Notes under the pieces: model-generated
The model's database searches: none
What the model was told of the DNA's origin: nothing
Seen by the model: the letters and a program-made list of their open reading frames with translations, nothing else
Assembly (NCBI GenBank): GCA_965226545.1
Contig: OZ245364.1
Location: forward strand, 171,499-235,498
Length of the DNA: 64,000 nucleotides
Direction: 5' to 3'
From: Candidatus Poriferihabitaceae bacterium
GTDB taxonomy: Bacteria; Pseudomonadota; Gammaproteobacteria; Arenicellales; Poriferihabitantaceae
In this document: positions 10,375-23,018 of the stretch, in pieces
Layout: each line of letters starts with the position of its first letter
Position numbering within the stretch: the stretch's first letter is position 1
Position numbers and translations under genes: made by a program

Positions 10375-10800
10375 TTATTCCCCCGGCTCGCCAAGCCAAC
10401 GCGGCGTTTCATCATCCGCCTCGACCAATCGCGCAATCCACGGCTGCGCATTGCGCATCCAAATATGCGCGTGCGGCGTCAACTCGGCGAGGTCATCCAA
10501 ACTGCCGGCTTTGATGCTGTATTGCGTCGGCGATTCGCCTTGATGATACAACCGCGTGCCGCATCGCCCGCAAAACGCGCAATGTTTCACCGCCCCGCTG
10601 CGCCCATGCGTCGTCCAAATGCGCGGCGTCTCGCCCGACCATTGCACCGCCTCGGCGGCGATAATTAACGACAGCCCAAACGCCGCGGCGGATTGCTTTT
10701 GACAATCGCGACAATGGCAGGCGTAAAAATCCAACGGCGCGCCGCGCAACCGATAACGAATCGCGCCGCATTGACAACCGCCTTCGCGGAGGGTGGACAT
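10375..10800 (-). CDS. GFA family (CENP-V/glutathione-dependent formaldehyde-activating) zinc protein
   Basis: GGCQCGAIRY, CHCRDCQK, FCGRCGTRL. Confidence 0.9.
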   Translation of the reverse strand: MSTLREGGCQCGAIRYRLRGAPLDFYACHCRDCQKQSAAAFGLSLIIAAEAVQWSGETPRIWTTHGRSGAVKHCAFCGRCGTRLYHQGESPTQYSIKAGSLDDLAELTPHAHIWMRNAQPWIARLVEADDETPRWLGEPGE

Positions 10801-10968
10801 TTGATTTTGTCGAGTGAGTGGGGTTAACGCGTCGGATTAAACCGTCGCCGCATTGATGATTAAGACGATGGATTAACTTGTCGATGAACTTGTCGATTAA
10901 TCGGTCGATTAACTTAACGCGAAATTAATTAACGTTAACTTAAACCGTCCGCATTAATACCGTGCACA

Positions 10969-13488
10969 TTACGCGCGCAAACGTTCGTTGTCCGGGTCAT
11001 ACGGTGATTCGGCAATCACAGTCGCCGCGTGTCGTTTGCCGAGAATTTCGATTTCGAGTTGCGTGCCAACTTCAGCCAGCGGCGGCTGCACCAACCCCAA
11101 CGCGAGCGATTTTTGCGTGCGATAGCCGAAGCCGCCCGAGGTGGCGCGCCCGACCAATTCATCGCCGCGGTAAATCGCTTCCGAACCGCGCGCATCGGCG
11201 TCGCTGACGCCGCCGACCTCCAACGTAACGAAGGCGTTGGCAAAGCCGCGTTTTTGCCAGGCGAGCAACGCCTGTTTGCCGATGAAATCCTCCTTATCGA
11301 ATCGCACAAATCGCTCCAAGCCGGATTCGAGGGCGGCGTATTCAATCGACATCTCGCGCGGAATCAACCGATAGGATTTTTCCAAGCGCATCGAATCCAT
11401 CGCGCGAATGCCGAACGGTTTGATGTTGTATTGCGCGCCGGCTTTCATGATGCGGTCGAAAATGTAGTTTTGCATCTCTATCGGATGATGCAGTTCGAAG
11501 CCCAATTCACCGACAAAGTTGACGCGCAACAAATGCGCTTGCGCCGCGTCGATGTTGACGAAACGGCCGCTCAGCCAACGAAACGCCTGCGCGGATAAAT
11601 CGGTGTCGGTTAATTGCTGCAACACTTCGCGCGATTTCGGCCCGGCGACCACCAACACACCGTGTGCGGTGGTGATTTTTTCCAACTTCACACTGTCGTT
11701 CGGGCTGTTGCCGTCCGGGCGCAATTTGCATAAATAATCCCAATCATGCCGTTCCATCGCCCCGGCTGAGACGAGGTAATAATGTTGTTCGCCGGTTTTA
11801 TAGACGGTGAATTCGGCGCGCACCCCGCCGTTTTGCGACAGCAGATGACACAAGCCAACGCGCCCCACAGTGCGCGGGATGCGATTGCAAAACAGTGATT
11901 CGAGCCAGGCATGCGCGCCGCCGCCGCTGACCGTGAATTTGGAAAACGCGCTCATGTCCAACACGCCGACGTGTTCGGCGACATGCTTGCATTCTTCGCC
12001 GACGAAGGCGAAATAGTTCGAGCGGCGAAACGAGTATCTTTCGACGACTCGTCCATCCGCCAACGGCGGCGAAGTGTTGGTGTTGAGCAGCACCTCGCCG
12101 GCGCCGATTTGGTCGGCGGGCAATTCATAGCCCGGCGGCGCAAACCAATTGGCGCGTTCCCAGCCGTACAGATGCCCAAACACCGCCCCGAGTGCTTTCA
12201 GGCGGTCATAGCACGGCGCGGTTTTCAGCGGCGTGGCGGTTGCGCGTTCTTCATCGGGGTAATGCGTCGTAAACACATTGCGATAGGCTTCCTCGTTTTT
12301 TTCGCGCAAATAGCCGCGCGCCGCATACGGGCCAAACCGACGCGGGTCGACGCCGTTCATATCGACGCTCGGTTCGCCGTCCACAATCCATTTGGCCAAT
12401 TGCCAACCGGCGCCGCCGGCGGCGGTGACGCCGAAACTGTGGCCTTCGCTCAGCCAAAAGTTTTTCAGCCCCCAGGCCGGCCCGACGATGGGGTTGCCGT
12501 CCGGGGTGTAGGCGATGGCGCCGTTGTAGATTTGCTTGACGCCGACTTCGCCAAACGCCGGCACGCGATGAATGCACGCTTCGATGTGCGCTTCGATTCG
12601 GTCGAGGTCGCCTTGGAACAATTCGTTTTCGCATTCCTCGGCCGGGCCGTCGACATAACAACACGGCGCACCGCGTTCGTAGATGCCGAGTATCATCCCG
12701 CCGGCTTCTTCGCGCAGATAGTAGCCGGCGTCGGATTCGCGCAACACGCCCTGCTCGGGCAGCCCTTTTTCCTTGCGCGCCAAAATCTGCGGATGCGGTT
12801 CGGTGACGATGTATTGATGTTCGACCGGTATCACCGGAATATCCAGCCCGACCATCGCCCCAGTGTTGCGCGCAAAATTGCCGCTGCAGGAAACTACATG
12901 CTCGCAGGCAATCTCGCCTTTGTCGGTCTCGACCACCCAGCCGTCGGCGCATTGGCGCAGCCCGATGACTTTGGTGTGGCGATAAATCTGCGCGCCGCGA
13001 TTGCGCGCGCCTTTGGCCAAGGCGGTGGTTAAATCATTCGGCTGGATATAGCCGTCCTGCGGGTGTTGGATCGCCCCGACCAAGCCGTCGGTGTTGCACA
13101 ACGGCCAGCATTCGCCGACTTGTTCGGGGGTGAGGAATTTGATTTGCACGCCGACCGTGCGCCCGACGCCGGCGTAATAACGGTATTCGTCCATGCGGTC
13201 TTCGGTGCACGCCAGGCGGATGTTGCTGACTTGGCGAAAGCCAACCGACAAGCCGGTTTCCTCTTCGAGTTCCTGATAAAACCGCACCGAATATTGATGC
13301 AATTTACCGACCGAATAACTCATGTTAAACAACGGCAACAAGCCGGCCGCATGCCAAGTCGAGCCGGTGGTCAATTCTTTGCGTTCGACCAAGACGACAT
13401 CATCCCAGCCTTTTTGCGCGAGATGATAAAGCGTGCTGACGCCAACCACACCGCCGCCGATGACCACCGCTTTGGCTTTGGATTTCAT
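10969..13488 (-). CDS. GcvT-family FAD-dependent oxidoreductase (dimethylglycine/sarcosine dehydrogenase-like)
   Basis: IGGGVVG FAD motif, GSTWHAAG, YTPDGNP, GWERANWF, C-terminal GcvT folate domain ending YDPDNERLRA. Confidence 0.9.
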   Translation of the reverse strand: MKSKAKAVVIGGGVVGVSTLYHLAQKGWDDVVLVERKELTTGSTWHAAGLLPLFNMSYSVGKLHQYSVRFYQELEEETGLSVGFRQVSNIRLACTEDRMDEYRYYAGVGRTVGVQIKFLTPEQVGECWPLCNTDGLVGAIQHPQDGYIQPNDLTTALAKGARNRGAQIYRHTKVIGLRQCADGWVVETDKGEIACEHVVSCSGNFARNTGAMVGLDIPVIPVEHQYIVTEPHPQILARKEKGLPEQGVLRESDAGYYLREEAGGMILGIYERGAPCCYVDGPAEECENELFQGDLDRIEAHIEACIHRVPAFGEVGVKQIYNGAIAYTPDGNPIVGPAWGLKNFWLSEGHSFGVTAAGGAGWQLAKWIVDGEPSVDMNGVDPRRFGPYAARGYLREKNEEAYRNVFTTHYPDEERATATPLKTAPCYDRLKALGAVFGHLYGWERANWFAPPGYELPADQIGAGEVLLNTNTSPPLADGRVVERYSFRRSNYFAFVGEECKHVAEHVGVLDMSAFSKFTVSGGGAHAWLESLFCNRIPRTVGRVGLCHLLSQNGGVRAEFTVYKTGEQHYYLVSAGAMERHDWDYLCKLRPDGNSPNDSVKLEKITTAHGVLVVAGPKSREVLQQLTDTDLSAQAFRWLSGRFVNIDAAQAHLLRVNFVGELGFELHHPIEMQNYIFDRIMKAGAQYNIKPFGIRAMDSMRLEKSYRLIPREMSIEYAALESGLERFVRFDKEDFIGKQALLAWQKRGFANAFVTLEVGGVSDADARGSEAIYRGDELVGRATSGGFGYRTQKSLALGLVQPPLAEVGTQLEIEILGKRHAATVIAESPYDPDNERLRA

Positions 13489-13979
13489 TGGATTAAGTTC
13501 CGTGGGGGGTTAAGGGGTTAATGGGGTTGGGGAATTAAATGTCGATGCCGACCGAGACGCTTTTTACCAAGAGTCGTTGCGCGAGTCATTAATAGTGACA
13601 TCAAGTTACAGTAGTGACATCGCACTGACATATTAAGTGACATCGTTCAAGTGGCATCGACCAATGTCGACCGCCGCCGCCAAACCGCCGCGTGATTTTA
13701 CTGCAAACCGCCGCACAATTCACAATGCGTCTGTGATTCGATAGGGTGCGCCGTCGTGCGCCAAACCACTGTAAGACAATCGCAAGGCACGCAATTTAAT
13801 TCGACTTAAGGCGCATTAATTCGAACTAATTCGAACTTTAATTCGATTAACGCCATTCGCAATTGGCAAGCGATTGGATTTTTCGCTACACTTGCATTCG
13901 CGGCTTGCCCGTCATTGATGAACAAAAATTCACAACACCAACTCAACCAAACCAAACGACCAAAAGCGGGTAACTTGAG

Positions 13980-15326
13980 ATGCCTTCGCCACTGTGGAAT
14001 CAATGCGTTGACCGATTGCGCGAGCAACTCTCGGAAGCCGATTTGGATGCATGGATTGCCCCGCTTCAGCCGGTGCAGCAAAACGACGCCTTAACCCTGC
14101 TGGCGCCGAATCGCTATGTGCTGGAATACGTCCAAGCCAATTTAATCGGGCCAATCGAGAAAGTGGTGGCCACCACCGGGCGCGGCATCGGGCGGGTGAC
14201 GATTGAAATCGGCGCACACAGCGTCGAAACCCCGCCGCCACCAGCCGCCGAAACCGCCGCCGACTCGCCCGAAGCCGCGCCAAAGCGCGCCGCGGGCGGC
14301 TATCAGCGCGGCGCGTTATTCGATGAATACACCTTCGCCAAACATATCGAGGGCGATTCCAACAATATCGCGCGCGCCGCGGCGATGCGCGTCAGCGATT
14401 GCCCGGGCGAATCCTACAACCCGCTGTTTATCTACGGACAAGTCGGGCTCGGCAAAACCCACCTGATGCAAGCCGCCGGACATCGCATGCGCGAACGCAA
14501 CCCCAACGCCAAAATCGTCTATGTGCATTCCGAGACCTTCGTTAATCAGATAGTCGATGCGGTGCGCACCAACAGCACGCGCGATTTCAAACGCCATTAC
14601 CGCTCGATTGACGCCTTGTTGGTCGACGACATCCAGTTTTTTGCGCGCAAAACCCAATCGCAAGAGGAGTTTTTTCACACCTTCAACACGCTGTCCGAAA
14701 AACGCCGGCAAATCATCGTCACCAGCGACCGCCTGCCGACGGCGATTTCCGATGTCGAAGACCGATTGTTGTCGCGGTTTGGCGCCGGCTTGCAGGTGTG
14801 CATCGAAGCGCCCGAATTGGAAACCCGCGTCGCGATTTTGGAAAAACGCGCGTTTCAACACGGCATCATCCTGCCGAATGATGTCGCGTATTTTATCGCC
14901 CATGCGTTTCGTTCCAATGTGCGCGAATTGGTCGGCGCCTTGCATCGGGTTTTCGCGCACGCCGAATTCACCGGACGGCGAGTCGACACCGACCTTGCGC
15001 ATTTGGCATTGCGTGACTCGCTGCGCGACCAACAACTGCGCTTTAATATCGACAGCATCCAACGCACCGTTGCCGATTATTATCGCCTGCGCGTCGCCGA
15101 CCTCACTTCCAAACTGCGCACGCGCAGCATTGCCCGCCCACGTCAATTGGCGATGTACCTGGCCAAGGAATACACCGAACTAAGTTTGACAAAAATCGGC
15201 GACCGCTTCGGCGGACGCGACCACACCACCGTGTTGCACGCCCATCGCACGATTAAAAAACTGATGGAAATCGACGCACAACTTAAATTGGATTGCGCCA
15301 ATGTCCGGCGAATTCTTGGCGTATAG
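13980..15326 (+). CDS. dnaA: Chromosomal replication initiator DnaA
   Basis: YNPLFIYGQVGLGKTHL, DDIQFF, SNVRELVGAL, RQLAMYL, FGGRDHTTVLHA. Confidence 0.98.
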   Translation: MPSPLWNQCVDRLREQLSEADLDAWIAPLQPVQQNDALTLLAPNRYVLEYVQANLIGPIEKVVATTGRGIGRVTIEIGAHSVETPPPPAAETAADSPEAAPKRAAGGYQRGALFDEYTFAKHIEGDSNNIARAAAMRVSDCPGESYNPLFIYGQVGLGKTHLMQAAGHRMRERNPNAKIVYVHSETFVNQIVDAVRTNSTRDFKRHYRSIDALLVDDIQFFARKTQSQEEFFHTFNTLSEKRRQIIVTSDRLPTAISDVEDRLLSRFGAGLQVCIEAPELETRVAILEKRAFQHGIILPNDVAYFIAHAFRSNVRELVGALHRVFAHAEFTGRRVDTDLAHLALRDSLRDQQLRFNIDSIQRTVADYYRLRVADLTSKLRTRSIARPRQLAMYLAKEYTELSLTKIGDRFGGRDHTTVLHAHRTIKKLMEIDAQLKLDCANVRRILGV

Positions 15327-15556
15327 CGTATAATACCGCTGTGCATAAAGCGGTGGAAAACCTGTGCGGCGGTGGTGTATTGTTTGTGGATAGTCATTCG
15401 GGTTGCGGTTATGCACAATTTATCAACCGCTTTTGCCCGCCTTATCCACCCAGTTACGCACCGCGAGTTTAGTTATAAGCCATTGATTATTCTGGTTAAA
15501 TTCGACTTGCACACATATCAACAGCCCCTACAACTGTAACTACTGTATTTAACGCC
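15327..15556. promoter_or_regulatory. Probable replication origin oriC in the dnaA-dnaN spacer
   Basis: DnaA boxes TGTGCATAA (15340), TGTGGATAG (15385), TTATGCACA (15409), TTATCAACC (15420), TTATCCACC (15442). IHF-like site TAAGCCATTGATT (15476-15488). AT-rich ACT/TAC repeat stretch before dnaN. Confidence 0.8.
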
Positions 15557-16666
15557 ATGAAACTAACCATAGACCGCGATAAAATTTTGCCAATGCTGAG
15601 TTTAGTCAGCAGCGTTGTCGAAAAACGTCAGACCTTGCCGATGTTGTCCAATTTACATTTCGAATTGGCCAACGGCACTTTGCGCACCGTCGGCACGGAT
15701 TTGGAAGTTGAAATCACCGAGACAGTCGAAGACGTCAAAGGTGAAGACGGCGCATTGACGTTGTCGATGCAAAAGTTCTACGACATTGCGCGGATGTTGC
15801 CGGAAGACGCGGTCATCAACATCAAGCAGGATAAAAAAGACACCGCGCAAATCACCTCAGGGCGCAGCCGCTACACCCTCAAGACCTTGCCGGCGAAAGA
15901 ATTCCCGCGCATCGAAACCGAAGATTGGCAGGAGCGTTTTAAGATTCAGCAAAACGTGCTGAAGGCGTTGCTGGATAAAACTTCCGTGGCGATGGGGGTC
16001 AACGACGTACGTTATTACCTGAACGGCGTGTTGTTGCATCTCTCGGCAAAACAATTGCGCGCCACCGCCACCGATGGGCATCGCTTGGCGCAATCCGATG
16101 TCGATATTAAATTGGGCATCAAAGGCACGCGCGAATTAATCGTGCCGCGCAAAGCGGTGCTGGAAATCAATCGCTTTCTCGGTGAAGGCGAAGGTGAATT
16201 GACTCTGGAGATGAATGAAAACCATCTCAAACTGAGCAAAGCCGGCGGCGTGCTAATCACCAAACTGATTGACGGCAAATTCCCCGAGTTCAAAGACGTG
16301 ATGAGCAAGGAATACGAAATTTGCGTGCGCGTCAATCGCATCGAGCTCATCGAAGTGCTCAACCGCGTGGCCGTGCTGACCAACCCCGGCGAACGTTTCC
16401 GCGGCGCAAAAATCAATCTGCAGGAAAACCTGATGAGCATCTCGGCCAACAATATGGAACAGGAAGAGGCGGTCGAGGAATTGCAGTTGGAATACAGCGG
16501 CGCAGCCATCGAGGTCGGCTACAACATCGGCTATCTGGTCGACGCCGCGCGTGTGGCGGAAAGCGATGAGTTGGATGTGCATCTGCAAGGCAACGACGGC
16601 ATGTGCGTACTCAAACAACCGGGCGACGAAAGCACCACTTGGTTGGTGATGCCGATGCGCATCTGA
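15557..16666 (+). CDS. dnaN: DNA polymerase III beta sliding clamp
   Basis: TDLEVEI, DVRYYLNG, ATDGHRLA, KLIDGKFP, VMPMRI C-terminus. Confidence 0.97.
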   Translation: MKLTIDRDKILPMLSLVSSVVEKRQTLPMLSNLHFELANGTLRTVGTDLEVEITETVEDVKGEDGALTLSMQKFYDIARMLPEDAVINIKQDKKDTAQITSGRSRYTLKTLPAKEFPRIETEDWQERFKIQQNVLKALLDKTSVAMGVNDVRYYLNGVLLHLSAKQLRATATDGHRLAQSDVDIKLGIKGTRELIVPRKAVLEINRFLGEGEGELTLEMNENHLKLSKAGGVLITKLIDGKFPEFKDVMSKEYEICVRVNRIELIEVLNRVAVLTNPGERFRGAKINLQENLMSISANNMEQEEAVEELQLEYSGAAIEVGYNIGYLVDAARVAESDELDVHLQGNDGMCVLKQPGDESTTWLVMPMRI

Positions 16667-16682
16667 TGTTGCGCGGTGTTGA

Positions 16683-16698
16683 TGTTTCATGTGAAACA
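16683..16698. promoter_or_regulatory. parS site 1
   Basis: TGTTTCATGTGAAACA, one mismatch to the parS consensus TGTTTCACGTGAAACA. Confidence 0.9.
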
Positions 16699-16741
16699 TC
16701 GCCGCGTAAAACGCCGAAGTGGGCGGGAGTAAGTGATAACG

Positions 16742-16767
16742 ATGCCGGGCATTGCCCGGCATTTTTT
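16742..16767 (+). terminator. Rho-independent terminator after dnaN
   Basis: ATGCCGGGC-ATT-GCCCGGCAT hairpin followed by a T run. Confidence 0.7.
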
Positions 16768-16775
16768 CGGGAGGG

Positions 16776-16791
16776 TGTTTCATGTGAAACA
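16776..16791. promoter_or_regulatory. parS site 2
   Basis: TGTTTCATGTGAAACA. Confidence 0.9.
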
Positions 16792-17255
16792 ATTTGGCGA
16801 TTGTTGTGTGCGGGCTGTGTGCGGTTTTGCGGCGCGTGGTTGAGTGGGCAAGTGTTATGTGCGGCGGCGTGAGCGTTGTCGTTTTGCTGCGACGGCTTTG
16901 CGGAATTTGCTTGGTGAGGGTTGCTGTTGTCGGGCGGTGCGGTTTTTGCGGATTACGTGGATTGTTGGGTTGGGTTATTTGTTGCGATGTGGCGGATGTT
17001 TTGTGTCGTGCTGCCGGCGAAATGTTTGCGCGCGGTTCCGCACCGACGGGTTAATACACGGATGCGTACGACGGCATGAAACACACGCGGCGAAACGTGG
17101 CTTGTGTTTGCGTTAAGCGCAACGGTGGTTCGGCGGCACTTTGGCAATGTGCAAAGTAAAGGTGACGACGAGGCGACGCGGCGCGCTTGATGGTTATGCT
17201 GGCGCGGTTGCGGTGTTGGCACTTCTCCGTTGCCGCGCGGTTTGCGTTGCGCGAT

Positions 17256-17271
17256 TGTTTCACATGAAACA
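17256..17271. promoter_or_regulatory. parS site 3
   Basis: TGTTTCACATGAAACA, reverse complement of sites 1 and 2. Confidence 0.9.
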
Positions 17272-17509
17272 TTGCACGCCTGTTCGCTGTCGCGCCGTTG
17301 CTTGTCCGGGGATTGTTCGCCGCGGCAGTGATGCCCGACCGTCAAAGCCGCTACGCACACACCCAACAGTCGTTTTCCATACCGCTCAGTCGCCGACGTT
17401 CATCGGCAAGCCGCTGTTCGTTTGTCAGCGCCCAAATAACCGCAATCAATTTATCGCCACCAACCGCGCCGGCACATTCCAAGTCACCGCGCGCCCCGTG
17501 TCGCGCGAT

Positions 17510-17525
17510 TGTTTCACATGAAACA
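17510..17525. promoter_or_regulatory. parS site 4
   Basis: TGTTTCACATGAAACA in the same GCGCGAT...TT context as site 3. Confidence 0.9.
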
Positions 17526-18372
17526 TTACGCGCCGGTTCATTGCCGGCATCGTGTTCGCCCGGGCGTCGTCAGCGGCGACGGTGGTGCCCATTGTCAAAG
17601 CCGCCGTTTGTTTGTCGGTGCCGTCCAAATAATCCGCGAGTCAATTTGCCGCCGCCGCACCGCAAACCAAACACGCAACTCCGCGCGAGAGAGAATGTCA
17701 AAACAAACATAACGCCAACCGCAAAAGTGAATGTAAAAATCAAAACGCCCGCCGAGATTTGTTGATGTTGTCGGGAGTGTTGGGCGGTGGATAACAAACG
17801 GCGGCGGTGATGACGATAACGATGGCGGCGGTGGCAATGCCGGTGATAACGGGAACAGCGGCAACAATGACAGTGACGACCGCGGCAACGGTTGCGGCAA
17901 CGGTGTCGATGCATCAATCCAACCAACCGCGCTTGCGCAACGGTTCCAGCCGTCAATCTCAACCATCGCCAAACCAAAGTCCGTCACGCCATCGTCCAAG
18001 CCGGTGCATCGCATCATCGTTACAACCCGCTATAACTTTGACGCATCAACTTCGACGCTTGCGCAATTGATGCCATGCGCAACACCGTTGCCGCGCGCGC
18101 AACGAACAACGAGCAACGAACCAACAAACGTTGCCGGCGACAAACCGCGCGATAGTGTCGGCACATCGATTCAACAAACTGCCGCCGCCACACCAAACAA
18201 CTTCACCCAACTACTTCACCTATCGCGACATCCAACCTCGCTAACCTCGCCGACAGCACCGCATCACCCCACCATTCACCCCGCCACCCCGCCCGCAATC
18301 AAGCGATTTAATCGCCCCGCCAACCGCCACATAACGCCGCCATTACCGCGCCCGAAAAAACGCCATAACTAA

Positions 18373-20856
<2,484 letters not shown>

Positions 20857-20960
20857 GTTTCGCCGGTTAAGACGGTTTTTGTATGCCATGTTAATCGATG
20901 CGTCCGCTCGACAAGTAAACGCGCGCGAGTAAACTAAAATCCAAGCCATCCAAACCAACA

Positions 20961-21527
20961 TCAAACAAACTTCTCGCGCGGTTGGGCAAACACCCGTCGC
21001 AACATCGGTGCAAAGTATTCGAGCGACTTGGAGGGATAGTCCGGGTCGAAACAGTTTTGGTCGTAGTGTTCGCAAAAATCCGCGCAATCTTGATACCACC
21101 GATGCCCGCGATAACGGTCGCGCGCGTGGCGGTCGCCGCCGTAATGATGCGCGTAGTAATATAGTTGAAACACGCCGTGATGTTTGACAATCCAATAAAT
21201 GCGTTCGTCGACAAACGGGCGCAAAATCGCCGCCGCCATCTCGCTGTGCGAAATCGGCGCAAGCGCATCGGCGATGTCATGCAACAACGCCGCGACAATC
21301 ATCTCTTCGGATTCACCGCCGGCTTCGGCGCGCGTCGCCGATTGCAGCGAATGCGCCAGCCGCGAGATTTGATAGCCGCCAAAGGAATTTTCCAATTCGC
21401 CCAAGGCGGCCAACAACCGCTCCGGCAGGTCGCGCAAATACGCCTGTTCATAACGCGCCAACAATTGATAATCCTCGGCGCTGCCGTGCGCCATTTGTGA
21501 AAATGAAACGGTTTTGGGAGGGGTCAT
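20961..21527 (-). CDS. HD-domain phosphohydrolase/oxygenase-like protein
   Basis: HSLQSATRA, ALLHDI, H..HG.FQ, YDQNCFDPDY; start trimmed to MTPPK. Confidence 0.85.
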   Translation of the reverse strand: MTPPKTVSFSQMAHGSAEDYQLLARYEQAYLRDLPERLLAALGELENSFGGYQISRLAHSLQSATRAEAGGESEEMIVAALLHDIADALAPISHSEMAAAILRPFVDERIYWIVKHHGVFQLYYYAHHYGGDRHARDRYRGHRWYQDCADFCEHYDQNCFDPDYPSKSLEYFAPMLRRVFAQPREKFV

Positions 21528-21544
21528 TGGAGTTAACGGGTGGG

Positions 21545-21765
21545 TTGATGTGGTGAGTAAAGTGAAAATAAAAAGTGACAGTAAAAGTGAAAAGTAAAAA
21601 TACAAAGTAACAGTACAAAGTGCGGGCACAAATTAACGGCAAACAAAAGTAACGCCAAAAGAAACGGTGACAATATAAAGTAAAAATAAAAGTACAAGTA
21701 CAAGTACAAGTACAAGTACAAGTAACAATACAAGCAGAAGCAAAACAAACCAATCAAATAATCAT
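21545..21765. repeat. Degenerate A-rich hexamer microsatellite (AAGTAC)n
   Basis: AAGTAC x5 perfect at ~21691-21720, flanked by AAAGTG/AAAATA/AAGTAA variants. Confidence 0.85.
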
Positions 21766-21825
21766 GTCAGTTTCGCACATTGCGCATCGCGCAACGCACT
21801 GCAATTATGCACCGTCACTTCATCG

Positions 21826-22596
21826 TCATTTCCGCGCCCGCGCCTCGCGCAGTTGGCGGCGTTTGGCTACGCGCATTCGCGGGTGGTCGGGCAGGTGTTT
21901 GGCGTGGCGGTCGATGACTTCGCGCGACAGTTGATGAAAGTGGCGCGCAAAAAGTGCGCGCGCGGTTTGCGGATATTCGCGCGATAAATCCGCCAAACAC
22001 CAGCCGATGCCGGTTTGGATGAAGCGTTCGTCGCTGCGCGCCAAGGTGTTGATGACCGCGCCGATTAATTTGTGTCGTCGCCCGGCGCGCGCGGATGCAC
22101 GCAATGCAACAATCGCCGCGCGACGTTGCCACATCGATTTTGCCGTGCGCCAACCGCCGATGCGCCGCGCGCTTTTTGCGCATCGCAACGCCAACCCATC
22201 CAACACGCGCACGCACAACCAATCGCAAGTGGACCAATCGTGGATGTCGCCGGCGGCAAACGCCGCTTCGACCAATCGCAAAATCGCATCGCCCGACAAT
22301 TGCGGCGCAAGAATGCGCAGCCACAAAATCGCGATGAATTTATCCTCGGCAAACCGTTCGGCAAACAAAAGGCGAATCAACGCAAGTTGCGCCGCCGCCG
22401 ATTCGCGCGCCGCGCCGGTTTCATCCAACCATTCGCGCAACAGACCATCGCGTAGCGGCGTTGCCACGCCGCGATATTCAATCGCGCCTTTGAGATAACG
22501 GTTAAACCAAACGCGCTTGTTGTCATCGGCGACCGCGCACAATCGCGCCTGCAATTGCGCGATGCGCGCGCGCTGTTCGGCGGCGGTCGGCATCAC
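21826..22596 (-). CDS. DNA alkylation repair protein (AlkD-like HEAT repeat)
   Basis: YRGVATP, DWSTCDWLC, WQRRAAIV, ERFIQTGIGWCL. Confidence 0.8.
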   Translation of the reverse strand: MMPTAAEQRARIAQLQARLCAVADDNKRVWFNRYLKGAIEYRGVATPLRDGLLREWLDETGAARESAAAQLALIRLLFAERFAEDKFIAILWLRILAPQLSGDAILRLVEAAFAAGDIHDWSTCDWLCVRVLDGLALRCAKSARRIGGWRTAKSMWQRRAAIVALRASARAGRRHKLIGAVINTLARSDERFIQTGIGWCLADLSREYPQTARALFARHFHQLSREVIDRHAKHLPDHPRMRVAKRRQLREARARK

Positions 22597-22950
22597 CTAC
22601 GGCAAAATCGCCAACACATTCTCCGGCGGTCGCCCAATCGCAGCCTTGCCGCCGCACACCACAATCGGCCGCTGCAACAACTTCGGATGCGCGGCAATAA
22701 TCGCCGCCAACTCGTCTTCGTCCGCAACGCGCGCATCCAATCGCAATTGCCGATACTCGGCTTCGTTGCGGCGGATGAGGTCGCCGACCGAAAGTTGCAA
22801 CAACGCCGCCAACCGCTTAATCGTCTCGGCATCGGGGCAGTCGTCGAGATAATGCACAACCTGCAACGCATCACCGCGTTCGCGCAACAATGCAAGCGTC
22901 GCGCGCGATTTGGAACAGCGGGGGTTGTGGTAAATCGTAATGGCGTTCAT
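22597..22950 (-). CDS. arsC: Arsenate reductase (glutaredoxin-dependent) ArsC family
   Basis: IYHNPRCSKSR, HPKLLQRPIV, IGRPPENV. Confidence 0.88.
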   Translation of the reverse strand: MNAITIYHNPRCSKSRATLALLRERGDALQVVHYLDDCPDAETIKRLAALLQLSVGDLIRRNEAEYRQLRLDARVADEDELAAIIAAHPKLLQRPIVVCGGKAAIGRPPENVLAILP

Positions 22951-23018
22951 TTGCGCAGTATAACAAGCGCTTTATGTAGCAATATGTTATATTTTGTTGC
23001 GAACGCGAAAAACAACGC

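Noticed and set aside
11911-13032. Long antisense ORFs (also 14316-15146, 44131-45228, 59420-60136)
   Set aside because: Typical stop-poor antisense frames of GC-rich genes; no motifs.
16683-17525. Repeated 16-bp palindrome as a CRISPR array
   Set aside because: Repeat is too short, spacing is irregular (93, 480, 254 bp), there are no cas genes, and it matches the parS consensus.
16794-18372. Multiple 70-155 aa ORFs between dnaN and gyrB as genes or a recF remnant
   Set aside because: Low-complexity translations driven by strand skew; no RecF or other recognisable motifs.
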